A stretch of DNA of 64,000 nucleotides from Hypanus sabinus (Eukaryota), in assembly GCF_030144855.1 (NCBI RefSeq), contig NC_082712.1:42036001-42100000 (forward strand), written 5' to 3'. Below are positions 1 to 11,428 of this stretch, one piece after another. Numbering within the stretch: the stretch's first letter is position 1; every line of letters begins with the position of its first letter. Position numbers and translations under genes: made by a program. Below the pieces are notes generated by a model. It was not told the DNA's origin, ran no database searches, and saw only the letters and a program-made list of their open reading frames with translations.

Positions 1-980
1 ATGTATATGTGACAAATAAAACTAATCTTTTTCATCTTTAATCTACTTTCCACTTGCGCTAATTAATCCAGCCCCAATATCTGAGGCCTGGCACCATCCA
101 GGCCAAAACAGCCCACGATATCACATCTGCAATCTTCCATATGCTAATAACACACCATAGTTGTTTCGGGCACCATCCTCAAATACAAAATCTCCCAAGC
201 CCATAACATCTATGTCCAAAGACACAGGCAGATGGGAACATCACCACCTGCACGAAGATACTGTGTGAGAAAGACTGCAGCAGTTCAAGGCAACTCATCA
301 TTACCTATTTAACTAGAATGAGAGATGGGCAATCAAACAACACAAAAGATCAGCTGCTGTTAGTTTTTTTGGGGATTTTTTTTTAAGGCAAATACAGTAC
401 GAGTTTGGGAGGTTACTATATCTGTGTTACCAACTGTTTACATTTGTATTCCAGCCTTATTAATTATGTACTCGCAAACTCTCTGTATTTGTTTTTTTTC
501 TAAGTTCTGTTTGAAAATTAATAAAAAGATTTTAAAAGGAAGAACAAAAGATCTACCAAATACAGAGAAACAGGTAGACAGCTGCCTGATGGCCAAAGGT
601 CTACATTATCTTAGCATTAATGCATCAGCCAAAGTCCTAAGTTCAAGTCCTGTGAGCTTTGGCTGATGCATTAGTTCCATCTCAGAGCCCAAACTAAAGA
701 CAGTGATGAACCATGAGTAAATAACCAAAACCCAAACTGAATTACGACTTGTATTTAAAGAGCTATTCTTAAACAAGTAGTATCACTATAGCTAACTGAG
801 TGAAGAACAAGGTGTACACCTACACTCCCAAATATATTTTACACTATTTCATACAAATAAGCTTTACTGATTTTGATAAACTATAGTGAGCACAACAAAA
901 ACAAATGTGAGCAAGAATCTCACATTCAAAGAATAGCTCAGGCTCAGGCTGAAGTCCATTCAAATTTGTTAAGAACTTAC

Positions 981-1052
981 CAGTTTCATTTATTTCAATT
1001 CTGGAGCCATTTGTTACTTTGTCCATTAACCGAATAAAGCTTGCTTCGAAAT
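981..1052 (-). CDS. RCL1: RNA 3'-terminal phosphate cyclase-like protein, coding exon 2 (gene continues beyond the window start)
   Basis: ttttcag|AT TTC GAA...ACT G|gtaagt, 72 nt. Encodes (D)FEASFIRLMDKVTNGSRIEINET(G), close to human RCL1 DFEASFIRLLDKITNGSRIEINQTG. Phase 1 matches exon 1. Confidence 0.95.
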
Positions 1053-2229
1053 CTGAAAATACAATGAAAGTCACAAAGACACCTGGATATGAGAGTAGAT
1101 TTATTTTGTGTATATTGCCAAAATTGCTTCAGTGCACTATATACAAAAGATGGTGTTCCTGTTGTAGAGTTTACATAAAGTGTTCCCAGTACACATAATG
1201 CATGCCATCATGCCTGTTTAAACTCTTTCATAAACCTCTGGTTGTCAGTGAGGTTTTGACAGGTCAAGGGAGCAACTCTTCAGCAGAACCACTCATTATA
1301 ACTTACTCATTTCTGAGAATCATTACTTTGATGTCCGTATGTAATGGAATGACCTGTGAGGATGGCACACATACAAAAAGCTTTTCATTGTTCCTCAGTA
1401 TGGGACAACAATAAACCCAAATCAATTCCTTTGGCCAATAAAAATTTCTACTTCCAGTCTTCACAAATAAAGAGACACCACTATTTGTAACAGCACCTCA
1501 CAATCATTAAAGCCAAAGTAAGTTGCTTAATATTCTGGAAATATAAAAAAAGTTGGAAATGCTTGACATATTAGGCAGCGCCTTTGAGGAGAGAGCATTT
1601 GTATTTTAGCTCCACAATCTTCATCAGAACATACCAATTCTCCACTGTGAACCATCTTTAACTGTACATTTAGATTGGCACGATCCTAAGAATTCAAATG
1701 CCCCAGAAACAAGGATCCAACGTGGATTCAGTATTCAACTTCAGTTCAGCAACAAGTGCAGAAAATTCTTGGCAGAATAGCAAAGGCTCATTTCACAAGT
1801 CATCTCAAAAATTTTAAATTCAAGTGACATCTGTGCTTTTGTTTTGGTAAAAATATGCTATGGCCTGAAAATACAAGTTAACTTACTGGATTTCAATTTT
1901 GTATTGTGCAATACCAATGATTCCTTCCATAAAAATGTCTGCAAACCAAATCCATCCTGGAAACATTGTACAAAATATCAGCAGCAGGAAGCTCCCAATC
2001 CTGAAGGATATGTTAATATCAGATTGCATTGCATGCATTGGAAATTCAGAAGCATCTCCGAATCATGAAGCACTTTATAAAACAATTTAGGTAATGACCA
2101 AGATCAATAAATATCAAATATGCTACGGACATATTATTTCTGTGGTGCAACATATTAACCATTTTATCCAATTGACAGAGCAGTTATCCTTTTAAGAAAA
2201 GCTTCACCCAATTCCGTACATAGCTATCA

Positions 2230-2400
2230 ACAAACAGATGACAGTGTTACCTAATGGATAAATACAGCTGAGAGAAGCACACTGCTATCTTTTCATGAAG
2301 TAGTGCAAGTGGCATCCTAGTGGGCTGTTGGTTTAACAACTCATTCAAAAGATGGCACTCTCATGATACTTACTATATTAAACAATCAACATGGGCTGTA
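2230..2400 (-). mobile_element. Ancient Deu-domain SINE remnant
   Basis: Reverse complement of 2331-2362 (GAGAGTGCCATCTTTTGAATGAGTTGTTAAAC) resembles the recalled Deu-domain core GAGGTGCCGTCTTTCGGATGAGACGTTAAAC. Confidence 0.45.
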
Positions 2401-3139
2401 TGTCCATCTCTGGAAAACAATTAATTCAGAATCCTTGGAAGTTGATAAGAGCGTTACCAGGAAGCCACTGCTAAAACATCAACTATCACCATTTGTCAGT
2501 GGCTTCCTTATAAACACTGGCTGCACTTCAATAAAAATACTTCACTGCTTGAAAATTCATACAGCACTATTAGAATGTGTTTTTCCCCTCTACCATAACT
2601 GCTAAACTTTGAGATATGTAATTAGTTGGGTTTCCATTTATATTATAGGTCTCATCTCGCACTGCTCATTTTTATTTATAATTTACACTTTTTAAATTTG
2701 TTAATTACATTTGCAATGTGCTGTGCTGCAGCTGTAAATAAAAACTAGTTTCATGGCATTTACACCATGTGTAAGTATGCTTACGACAATCACAAGCAGT
2801 GAATTCATTTCTAGAATTTAAGTACAGATCTCTGGAAACACACTAATATATAAACAGCACAATAAAAAGATCAGTTATCCTCAGGACAACAAACAACAAA
2901 GCTCTTTTATAGAATCTCAAATTATGAAGTGTCTTTATAAAACTGAGGAACATAATTGCAGAGATTCAGCGGCCTCTGAAAAATCTGGTTATATAGACAG
3001 GAAAGCAGATGATATTTTGGGCTTTATTATAAAATCTTGAGCAAATGAGCAAAGCCATCATGCTGAAATTGAATGGGATCATAGTGATGCCACAGCTGAA
3101 ATACTGTGTACTGGTATATTTCCCTATCTCAAGGAAGGA

Positions 3140-3906
3140 TTGAGTTGAATTTATTTCTTACATCCTTCACATACATGAGTAAAAAGCTTTACATTATGTC
3201 TCTGTCCAAATGTGCATTCGTAGTAATTTATAATAATTTATAAGAAATAGAACAGTCAATGTAACATACAAATACATTCATATTGGAGAGAGTTAATCAG
3301 TCTGATGGCCTGGTGGAAGAAGCTGTCCCAGAGCCTGTTGGTCCTGGCTTTTATGCTACAGTACCATTTTCCAGATGGTAGCAGCTGCAATAGATTGTGG
3401 TTTGGGTGACACAGGTCCCCAATGATCCTTCAGGCCCTTTATTCACACCTGTCTTTGTAAATGTCCTCAATCATGGGAAGTTCACAATGACAGATACACT
3501 GGGCTGTCTGCACCACTCTGGGCAAGAATCCTGCGATTAAGGGAGGTACAGTTCCCATACCAGACAGTGATGCAGCCAGTCAGGATCAATTGTATCCCTG
3601 TAGAAAGTTCTTAGGATTTGGAGGCCCATGCCAAACTTTCTCAACCGTCTGAGGTGAAAGAGGTGTTGTTGTAGCTTTTTCATAACACAGCTGGTGTGTA
3701 CAGACCACGTGTGGGTGCCGAGGAACTTGAAGCTGTTCACCCTCTCAACCTCAGATCCATTGATGTCAATAGGGGTTAGCCTGTCTCCATTCCTCCTGTA
3801 ATCCACAACCAGCTCCTTTGTTTTTGAAACATTGAGGGAGTGGTTGGTTTCTTGACACCACTGTGTCAAAGAGATGACATCTTCCCTGTAGGCCACCTCG
3901 TTATTG
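3140..3906 (-). mobile_element. Rex1/Babar-type LINE 3' fragment inserted in an older plus-strand CR1 remnant (about 2930-4075)
   Basis: ORF 3537-3962 has LNVSKTKELVVDYRR...VNSFKFLG...QHLFHLRRLRKFG (post-RT C-terminal region). CR1-like sequence resumes on both sides. Confidence 0.8.
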
Positions 3907-4074
3907 CATGTGATATGGGAACTGCAACAAAAGTTTATTAGATCATGGCTAGGATATAACAACTGTCCTACAAGGGCAGATTAAACAGACTTAGCTTCCA
4001 CTCTCCTGAGTTCTGAAGAATGTGAGGTGACTTAACTGGAACATAAAAGCTTCTGACAAGTCTTGACAAGGTAA

Positions 4075-5345
4075 ATAATCAAAATCAGATTTAATATTAC
4101 CAACATATGTCGTGAAATTGGTTAACTTTACAGCAGCAGTGTAATGAATACATGATAAATATGTTCAATAGTTAAGTTAAATTAGTAGTACAAAAACAGA
4201 AATAAGAAAGTAGTGAGGTAGCGTTCACAGGTTCAATGTCCATTTAGGAATTGGATAGCAGAGGGAAAGGAACTATTTCTGAATCAGGGTGTCTGCGTTC
4301 AGACTTCTATACCTCCTTCCCACTAGTAACAGTGTGAAAAGAGCATGTCCTGGGTGGTGAGGATCCTTAATGATAGATGCCACCTTCCTGAGGCACTGCT
4401 TCTTGAAGACGTCTTGGACACTACAGAGGGAAGTAAGTACCCATGGGGTTGACTAATTTTACAAGTTTCTGCAAATAATTTTGACCTTATGCGGAAACCC
4501 TGCCCCCCCCCCCCATACCAGATGGTGATGCAGCCAGTCAGAATGCTCTCCATGGTGCATTTGTAGAAGTTTTTGAGTATTTTAGTTGACAAACCAAATT
4601 TTCTCAAGCTTCTAATGAAACATAGCCGCTATCTTGCCTTCTTTACAGCTGGATCAATATGTGACGATCAGGTTAGGTCCTCTGATATTGAAACGCAGGA
4701 ACTTTCAGTCTCTCCACTTCTAATCTCTTTACCAGGAATACCCCCGCCAGCTGGTTGGCACAAGTTTTCACTGCCATACTAGGTACTCCATTAGGCCCTA
4801 CCACCTTGCATGGGTTCACCCCCTTGAAAGACAGCCTCATAGCTGTGGTTTTATTTTCCCTTTCAAAGCAAGTATAAAAGAGGTTGAGCTTGTCTGATAG
4901 TGAAGCACTGCTGCCATTCATGATATTGGAAATAGGAAGTACTTGTAGGAAGAAATGGTCTGCCAGAGTCGACGTGCATCCATTGTTGCCTCTAACTTCT
5001 CCTGGAATTGTTCCTTGGCTCTTGAAATAGCCCTCCACAAGTCAAATGTGGTTTCCTTATACAGAGCTACATTGCCAGACTTATATGCCACAGATCTAGA
5101 CTGTTCACTAAGAACCTCCTGGTTCATTCACAGCTTTTGGTTTGGGTACATAAAGTAAGTTTTTGTAGGCCCACACTCATCCATACAGGGTGTAATGAAG
5201 TCAATGACAACTGTGACATATTCATCCAGACTTGAAAATGACTCCCTGAACACAGTCCAGTCCACCAATTCAAAGCAGTCCTGTGCCTCACTTGTCCATA
5301 CCTTCTCGGCCTCAGTACTGGTGCTGAAGTCTTCAGTCTCTGCCT
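4075..5345 (-). mobile_element. Rex1/Babar-type LINE, degenerate and internally deleted
   Basis: RKFGLSTKILKNFYKCTMESILTGCITIWYG and LSDKLNLFYTCFE...KVVGPNGVP...KTCANQLAGVF, with multiple frameshifts. Confidence 0.8.
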
Positions 5346-6089
5346 ATACTTGGAGTAGAAATACCGGCAGGTAATTGTTTTGGTATCTCTGCACACCATG
5401 CTACTCAGGGACATGTTAATGTTATTTTACGACTCTATGTGCTGAAACGTAACTTTGTGTGCCGTGTGTGAATACATGTACTGTGTTGTGCATCTTGGCC
5501 CCAAAAGAACAATGTTTCATTTAGCTGTATACATGTGTATAGCTGTATGACAATAAACCCAGATTTGTTTCCCTTTGCTGAAGGGTCTAGAACAAGCAGC
5601 TGTAATCACAAAATAAAGGCCCAGCCAGGACTGAGCTGGGAAAATATTACTTCACCAAGAGGTAGTGAACCCACACAAGAACATATGCACTTAAAGTGTT
5701 TACAGTGACAGCAAAAAGAGAATACAGATTTATTAATTGGCATAAACAGAAGAGATGACACTGTCTTTGACGCAGTACACTGTTACAATCTGGAAAGGTC
5801 TAGTAAAAGAAACCAAATAAATAACTGGGCTAAGAGAACAAATAATCGAACTGTAGATTAGAGGAGCTGACAATGAACTGAATGGCCCCTGTTAACTGAT
5901 TCAAGTGTTCACACAAGTACTTAAATGTTGTGAGAGTATCTACCTCCATCATCCTCTCACACAGCAGCGTCCAAACACCCTCTAGTGAATAAACCGTTCC
6001 TCATATTCCCTCTTAACTGCTTGTCAGCTTAACCTTGTTTTGATTATAAGTACATCTACTATGGGAAAATGTTTACACCTGTCTATCCT

Positions 6090-6180
6090 CCTGATGAAGG
6101 GTTTCGGCCGGAAACGTTGTCACTACCTCCTCCCATAGATGCTGTCTGGCCTGCTGAGTTCTGCCAGCATTTTGTGTTTT
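6090..6180 (+). mobile_element. Short PLE-terminus insert beginning with a hammerhead-ribozyme core
   Basis: CTGATGA-AGGGTTTCGGCCG-GAAAC-GTT followed by the PLE tail. Degenerate 10-bp flanking duplication TGTCTATCCT / TATCTTTCCT. Confidence 0.7.
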
Positions 6181-6609
6181 TATCTTTCCTACCTATGTCG
6201 CACACCGGTAATTTGTACTTTTATCAGGTCCTAAAATTCCAAGAAAAAAAAACAAACCAAGTCTCTCTTCATAGCTGAATTATTCCAATTCAGACAACAT
6301 GCTCGTGAACCTCCTCTGCACCTTCTCCTGTGCAATCACATCCTTTTTCTAGTGCGTTGATCAGAACTGAACACAATATTCCAGCTGTGGCCTTACTAAA
6401 GTTTTATTAGATCGTACAAAGACTTACATTGCTTTACCAAATATCATTCTATATGAACTATCCACAAATATCACACCAGCTGCAAGTATATTAATTTCAC
6501 CTCTTACATTCACACCTAGTCCATCAAAAATTACTGCCTAATCAGTCAGGTTACCTCAGCTCACAAGAAATACAAGGGGGTGGGGAGAAACAGAAACAAA
6601 TGAAGCATC

Positions 6610-7030
6610 TCCTCGCTATCGAACCACAGTAAACCCGGACAGTCGGTGGTCACAACACGCTGCGGCTTCACCGAGCATAGCTGGGTGGACAACACGGTGC
6701 GGCAACTGACGAACCGCGATCCCTCACAGCAGCCCGGCCGCTCACTCACCACGCAGGCCGGGTTCCATCTCTTGGCTCCGGATCGCGGCGATACGCACCG
6801 AGCGGCCGCTCAGGGTGGCCAGCGTGAGTCGCATCCTCAAGAACCGGGCTCCTTCCCAGCGCAGAGTCCGGCTGCTGCCCGCCATCTTGCAGGCCGCGCA
6901 CGTGGTGCATCCGGATCAAGCCCCGCCCACCGGGCTGTAGCTCCGCTCTTTCTGACTCACATCACCCCAATTGGTCGGTAACTCCGCCCATCTAAATTAG
7001 ATCACGCCCATTGGTTTGGAACACCGCCCA
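6610..7030 (-). promoter_or_regulatory. CpG island and RCL1 promoter
   Basis: CpG-rich against an AT-rich background. E-box CACGTG 6899-6904, GC boxes 6921-6928 and 6982-6989, CCAATTGG 6967-6974, ATTGG 7010-7014, YY1-like CAAGATGGCG over the ATG. Confidence 0.75.
6750..6885 (-). CDS. RCL1: RCL1 coding exon 1
   Basis: ATG at 6885 (caagATGG), 136 nt, donor G|gtgagt. Encodes MAGSSRTLRWEGARFLRMRLTLATLSGRSVRIAAIRSQEMEPGLR, compare human ...GCNFLRQRLVLSTLSGRPVKIRKIRARDDNPGLR. Not in the ORF track. Confidence 0.93.
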
Positions 7031-7450
7031 GATTCGTTGAGTACCTGTGCATGCAGGTGTATTGGGTAATAAAAGGGCAGGCGATATAGCAAAGCAGGCA
7101 CTTACTAAATCGGAGGTAGAGATTATAGCCAATATAGGAAAGCATGAAGCCAAATCTTGTATTAGGTTGTCTGGGAGTGGAAAATGTGGGATAGGAGTAG
7201 TACAGGGAGGTGGTATTACAATTTGTTTCCATCGGTTCAGGAGAGGTGCCTTTTGAGAAGGAATGGGAAGGAAGATGAGTGGTTGGCGAGATTGAGGTTT
7301 GCACTCCACTTTGAAACCTGTTGGGAAGTATGGGAGTGGGTGGTGTGAGTTTTGTAAAGGTCCCAGAAACAATGGAACATGTGATCATGGAGTGCCACAG
7401 ATGGAACATAGGAAGCTGCTTAGGCAATTATTGGGTAGATCTGGTCTGTG
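7030..7450 (+). mobile_element. Nimb/I-group LINE remnant (RNase H C-terminus and CCHC knuckle)
   Basis: VPVHAGVLGNKRAGDIAKQAL matches the RNase H WVPAHxGxxGNExADxxAK motif. It is followed across frameshifts by LARLR...CEFCK..PETMEHVIMEC. Confidence 0.75.
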
Positions 7451-9325
7451 ATCGATATTGGTCATTAATCCATCCATTGAGCTACTGTTAACGCAGTCAT
7501 TAAAGGGATGATGTCCCTGAATGATTTAGTAAAAGAATCAGGATCAAAATCAAGTTTATTATCACTGATGTATGTCATGAATCTACATATGTTGGTGATA
7601 TTAAAAGTCAAAGTTGTGTAGAATTGTAGAAATGAGAAAAAAACTATAGCAGAAACAACAGCAATGCAAATTAATAACTTGCCAGGGAAGGTGTCTGAGG
7701 AGGACTGAAAAAATTATATGTGGAAGAAACTATTCCACATATCATACAATGAGACAGACCCACACAGGGACATAATTACATCTCAAACACAAGGGATTCT
7801 GCAGATGATGGAAATCCAGAGCAACACATGAAATGCTAGAGGAACTCAGCAGATCAGGCAGCACCAATGGAAATGAAGAAACAGTCGATGTTTTTGGGTC
7901 AAGACACTTCAGGACTGGAAAGGAAGGGGGGAAACACCAGAATAGGAAGGACTAGCTAGAAGATAAAAAGTGAAGCCAGGTGGGTGGGAAAGGTAAAGGG
8001 TTGGAGAAGAAGGAATCTAATAGAAGAGGAGAGTGAACCATGGGAGGAAGGGGTAGGTGACAGGCAGGAGAGGGGAGGAAATAAGAGGCCAGAGTGGGGA
8101 ATGGAAAAAGAGGTAAGGGGGAGGGGAAACTTTACTGACAGAAGTAATCTATTCATGTTATCAGGTCAGAGGCTACCTAGACAGAGGCTGGTAGACCAAA
8201 ATGTTGGAACGGGAATGGGGATAGGAATTAAAATAGGAAATTCCACTTTTGGTGGATGGAGCAGAGGTGCTTGACAAAGTGCCCCTCCCCTCTCCTCTCC
8301 CCTCCCCCCCACATCCAAAATATATTTCGGCTCTCACTAATATAGAGAAGGCCACATTGGGAATGCCAGACACAACAGATGAACCCAACGAATTTGCAGG
8401 TGAAGTGTTGCCTCACCTCAAAGGACTGTTTGGGGCCCTGGATAGAGGTGAGGGACAAGGTGAATGGGCAGGTGCAGTAATTCTGTCACTTGCAGGGATA
8501 TGTACCAGGGAAGAGATTAGTGGGGAGGAACAAATGGACAAGAGAATCAGGGAGTGATCCCTGCAAAAAGTGGAGAGTGAGGGGGGAAGGAATAACAATG
8601 TATTTGGTGACAGGATCCCATAAGATTGTAGATGCTGCAGAGAATGACGTGTTTTTTTGTGGAAGCTCATGGAGTGGTAGGTGAGGGAAGAGCTCTATCC
8701 CCGCTAAGGGGGTGGTAAGATAGGGTGACTGCGGATGTCCATGAAATGGAGGAGATGTAGGTGAGGGTAGCATCAATGTCATAGGAATGGAAACCCCATT
8801 CTTTCAAGAAGGAGGACGTCCCTGATGTCCTGAGAAGGAAAGCCTCATCCTGGGAACTGAGAAAAGGGAATAGCGTTTTACAGGAGACAGCATAGGAAGA
8901 GGTACAGTTAAGATAGCCTGGCCTGTTGAGTTCCTCCAGCATTTTGTGTGTGTTGCCAAGAGAGCTCTGGGATTCAGTAGGTTTATAAAAGATGCCAGTA
9001 GACAGCTAGTTTCCAGAGTGGGAGACAGAGATTGAGAAAGGAGAGGAGGGTGTCAGAAAAGGACCAAGTGGATTTAAGGGCAGGGCGAAGTTAGAGACAA
9101 AGTTGATTAAATTGACGAACTCAGCATGGGTGCATGAAGCACCTATGTAGTTGTCGATGTAGTGCAGAAAGAGTGAGGGAGCATTACCAGGGAAAGCTTG
9201 GAACATGAACTGTTCTACCTAACCAATGGAAAGGCAGGCATATTTGGGGCCCATGTAAGTGCCCATGGCTATCCCCAAGTTTGTGCAAAATGGGAGGAGA
9301 TGGAAGAGAAATATTAGAAAGTGAG

Positions 9326-9421
9326 AAACACATGCAAAATGCTGGAGGAACTCAGCAGGCCAGGCCACATCTATGGAAAAAAGTACAGTCGACGTTTCGG
9401 GCCTAAACCCTTCCGCAGGAT
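9326..9421 (-). mobile_element. Short PLE-terminus insert with a hammerhead-like head, nested in the PLE
   Basis: Reverse complement TC-CTGCGGA-AGGGTTTAGGCCC-GAAAC-GTC-GACTG plus tail. Flanked by direct repeat GAAAGTGAG (9317-9325 and 9425-9433). Confidence 0.75.
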
Positions 9422-9635
9422 TTTGAAAGTGAGGACCAGCTCTACCAGAAGGACGGAAATGGTGGTGGAGTGGAACTGGTCGTATGTTTTGTTGAGAAAG
9501 AACTTAAGATTTTCTTCATGTGTATCGAGAATAAGTGTATTGGGACTAGATATTCATGGTGAAAATGAGGCAGTCAGAGCCAGGGAATTGCAAGTTGTTG
9601 AAGAGATCAAGAGCATGTGAAGTGTCACGAATGTA

Positions 9636-10614
9636 CATAAGAACATAAGAAGTAGAAGCAGGAGTAGGCCATCCGGCCCATCAAGCCTGCCCCCCTATTC
9701 AATAAGATTATGACTGATCTGTCCGTAAACTCGGATCCATCTACCTGCCTTTTCCCCAAAACCCTTAATTCCCCTACTATGTAAAAATCCATCTAACTAT
9801 ATCTTAAATATATTTACCGAAGATGCCTCAACTGCTTCCCTGTGCAGAAAATTCCATAGATTCACCACTCTCTGGGAAAAACAGTTTCTCCTCATCTCCT
9901 TCCTAAATCTTCTCCCCTGGATCTCGAGGCAATGTCCCCTAGTTCTAGTCTTACCTACTAATGGAAACAACTTTCCTACTTCTATCTTATCTATCCCTTT
10001 CAAAATGGTGTATGTTTCTATAAGATCCCCTCTCATTCTTCTGAATTCCAGGTGACTCAATCTCTTCTCATAGGTTAAACCCTTCATATCTGGAATCAAC
10101 CTGGTGAACCTCCTCTGCACTGCCTCCAAAGTCAGTACATCCTTCCTCAAGTATGGAGACCAGAACTGCACAAAGTGCTCCAGGTGCGGCCTCACCAGTA
10201 CCTTGTATAGTTGCAGCATGACCTCCCTGCTCTTGAATTCAATCCCTCTGGCAATAAAGGCCAACATTTCATTTGCCTTTTTAATACCCTGTTGCACCTG
10301 CAAGCCAACTTCTTGTGATTCATGACCAAGCACTCCCAAGTCCCTCTGCACAACAGCTTGCTGCAATCTTTCACTATTTAAATAATAATCTGCTCTTCTA
10401 TTATTCCTTCCAAAGTGGATGAGCTCGCATTTACCAACGTTGTATTCCATCTGCCAGACCTTGGCCCACTCACTTAGCCTATCTATATCCCACTACAGAC
10501 TCTCCACATCCTCTGTATAATTTGCTTTTCCACTCAGTTTAGTGTCATTCAGCAAATTTTGCTATGCTACACTCAGTCCCCTCTTCCAAATCATCAATGT
10601 AAATGGTAAACAGC
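9636..10614 (-). mobile_element. CR1 LINE 3' end, 5'-truncated, inserted in the PLE
   Basis: 217-aa ORF2 C-terminus (9797-10450) with LVRPHLEHFVQFWSP and CFSQRVVNLWN. (TTCTTATG)n tail. ATGTA duplicated at 9631-9635 and 10615-10619. Confidence 0.92.
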
Positions 10615-11428
10615 ATGTAGGTGGGAAGGTACTAAACCAAGTGGGATAGAATGGAGTCAACAAGGTACGTGGACATGAGTTCAGTGGGGCAGGAACAGGC
10701 TGAGACAATGGGTCTGCAGACCATTAGTTTTGTGGATCTTGGGTAAGAGGTAGAAACAAGCAGTGCAGGATAAGGGAACTGTGGGTCTGGTGGCAATGGA
10801 TGGGAGTTCTCCAGAGATGATAAGGTTAGAAAGAAAGAAATCTTTCAATTGAACAAAGTGGGTGGAGACAAATAATATGTTTTATATGAGAATGAATTCA
10901 GCTGGGAAAAGGCTGGAGGCAGGGAGTACTTGGTGGGCCTCTCTTTAGCAAAACAAGGGGCCATCAGATGACTCTAGTGTGGAATATAGGTTTAAAGGGA
11001 TATCCATGCTGAAAATGAACCCATAAGAATCAGTAAACTAAAAAACTGTCACAATGGTGGATATGACAGCTGGAAGATGGAAGAATCTGAACAAGGCGAA
11101 GAGAATAATATCAAGCAAAAAAGATATTTGTCTGTGGGACAAATGCTCAGTTGAAGCAATGGGTCCATGTGTTGTGATGTGAGGTTACGGACTCTGATGC
11201 TGGAAGATCTAGAAGGAAAATATCTAGAGGAAACAAGGCTTACAATGGTAATAAAAAGCCCTGAAATTTGGTGCAAAGAAAATGGTATTTAAATATTTGT
11301 GCAATTGAAGATTGTCATTGTCTTCATTGGCCTAAAATTATACTGGAGCTTAAAGAATATATTAAAAACGGTGATATTTGTTTGGTGCATACAAAATGCT
11401 GCAGGAACTCAGCAGGTCTGGCAGCATA

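Larger units (their letters stand above)
7785..10830 (-). mobile_element. Penelope-like element, degenerate, with nested insertions
   Basis: RT motifs GIAMGTYMGPKYACL (about 9230-9276) and LFLHYIDNYIG (9006-9206). GIY-YIG-region remnant SQCGLLYISES. PLE terminus at about 7785-7920. Confidence 0.85.

Noticed and set aside
9797-10450. 217-aa ORF (and the 208-aa ORF at 20983-21609) as host genes
   Set aside because: Both are C-termini of 5'-truncated CR1 ORF2.
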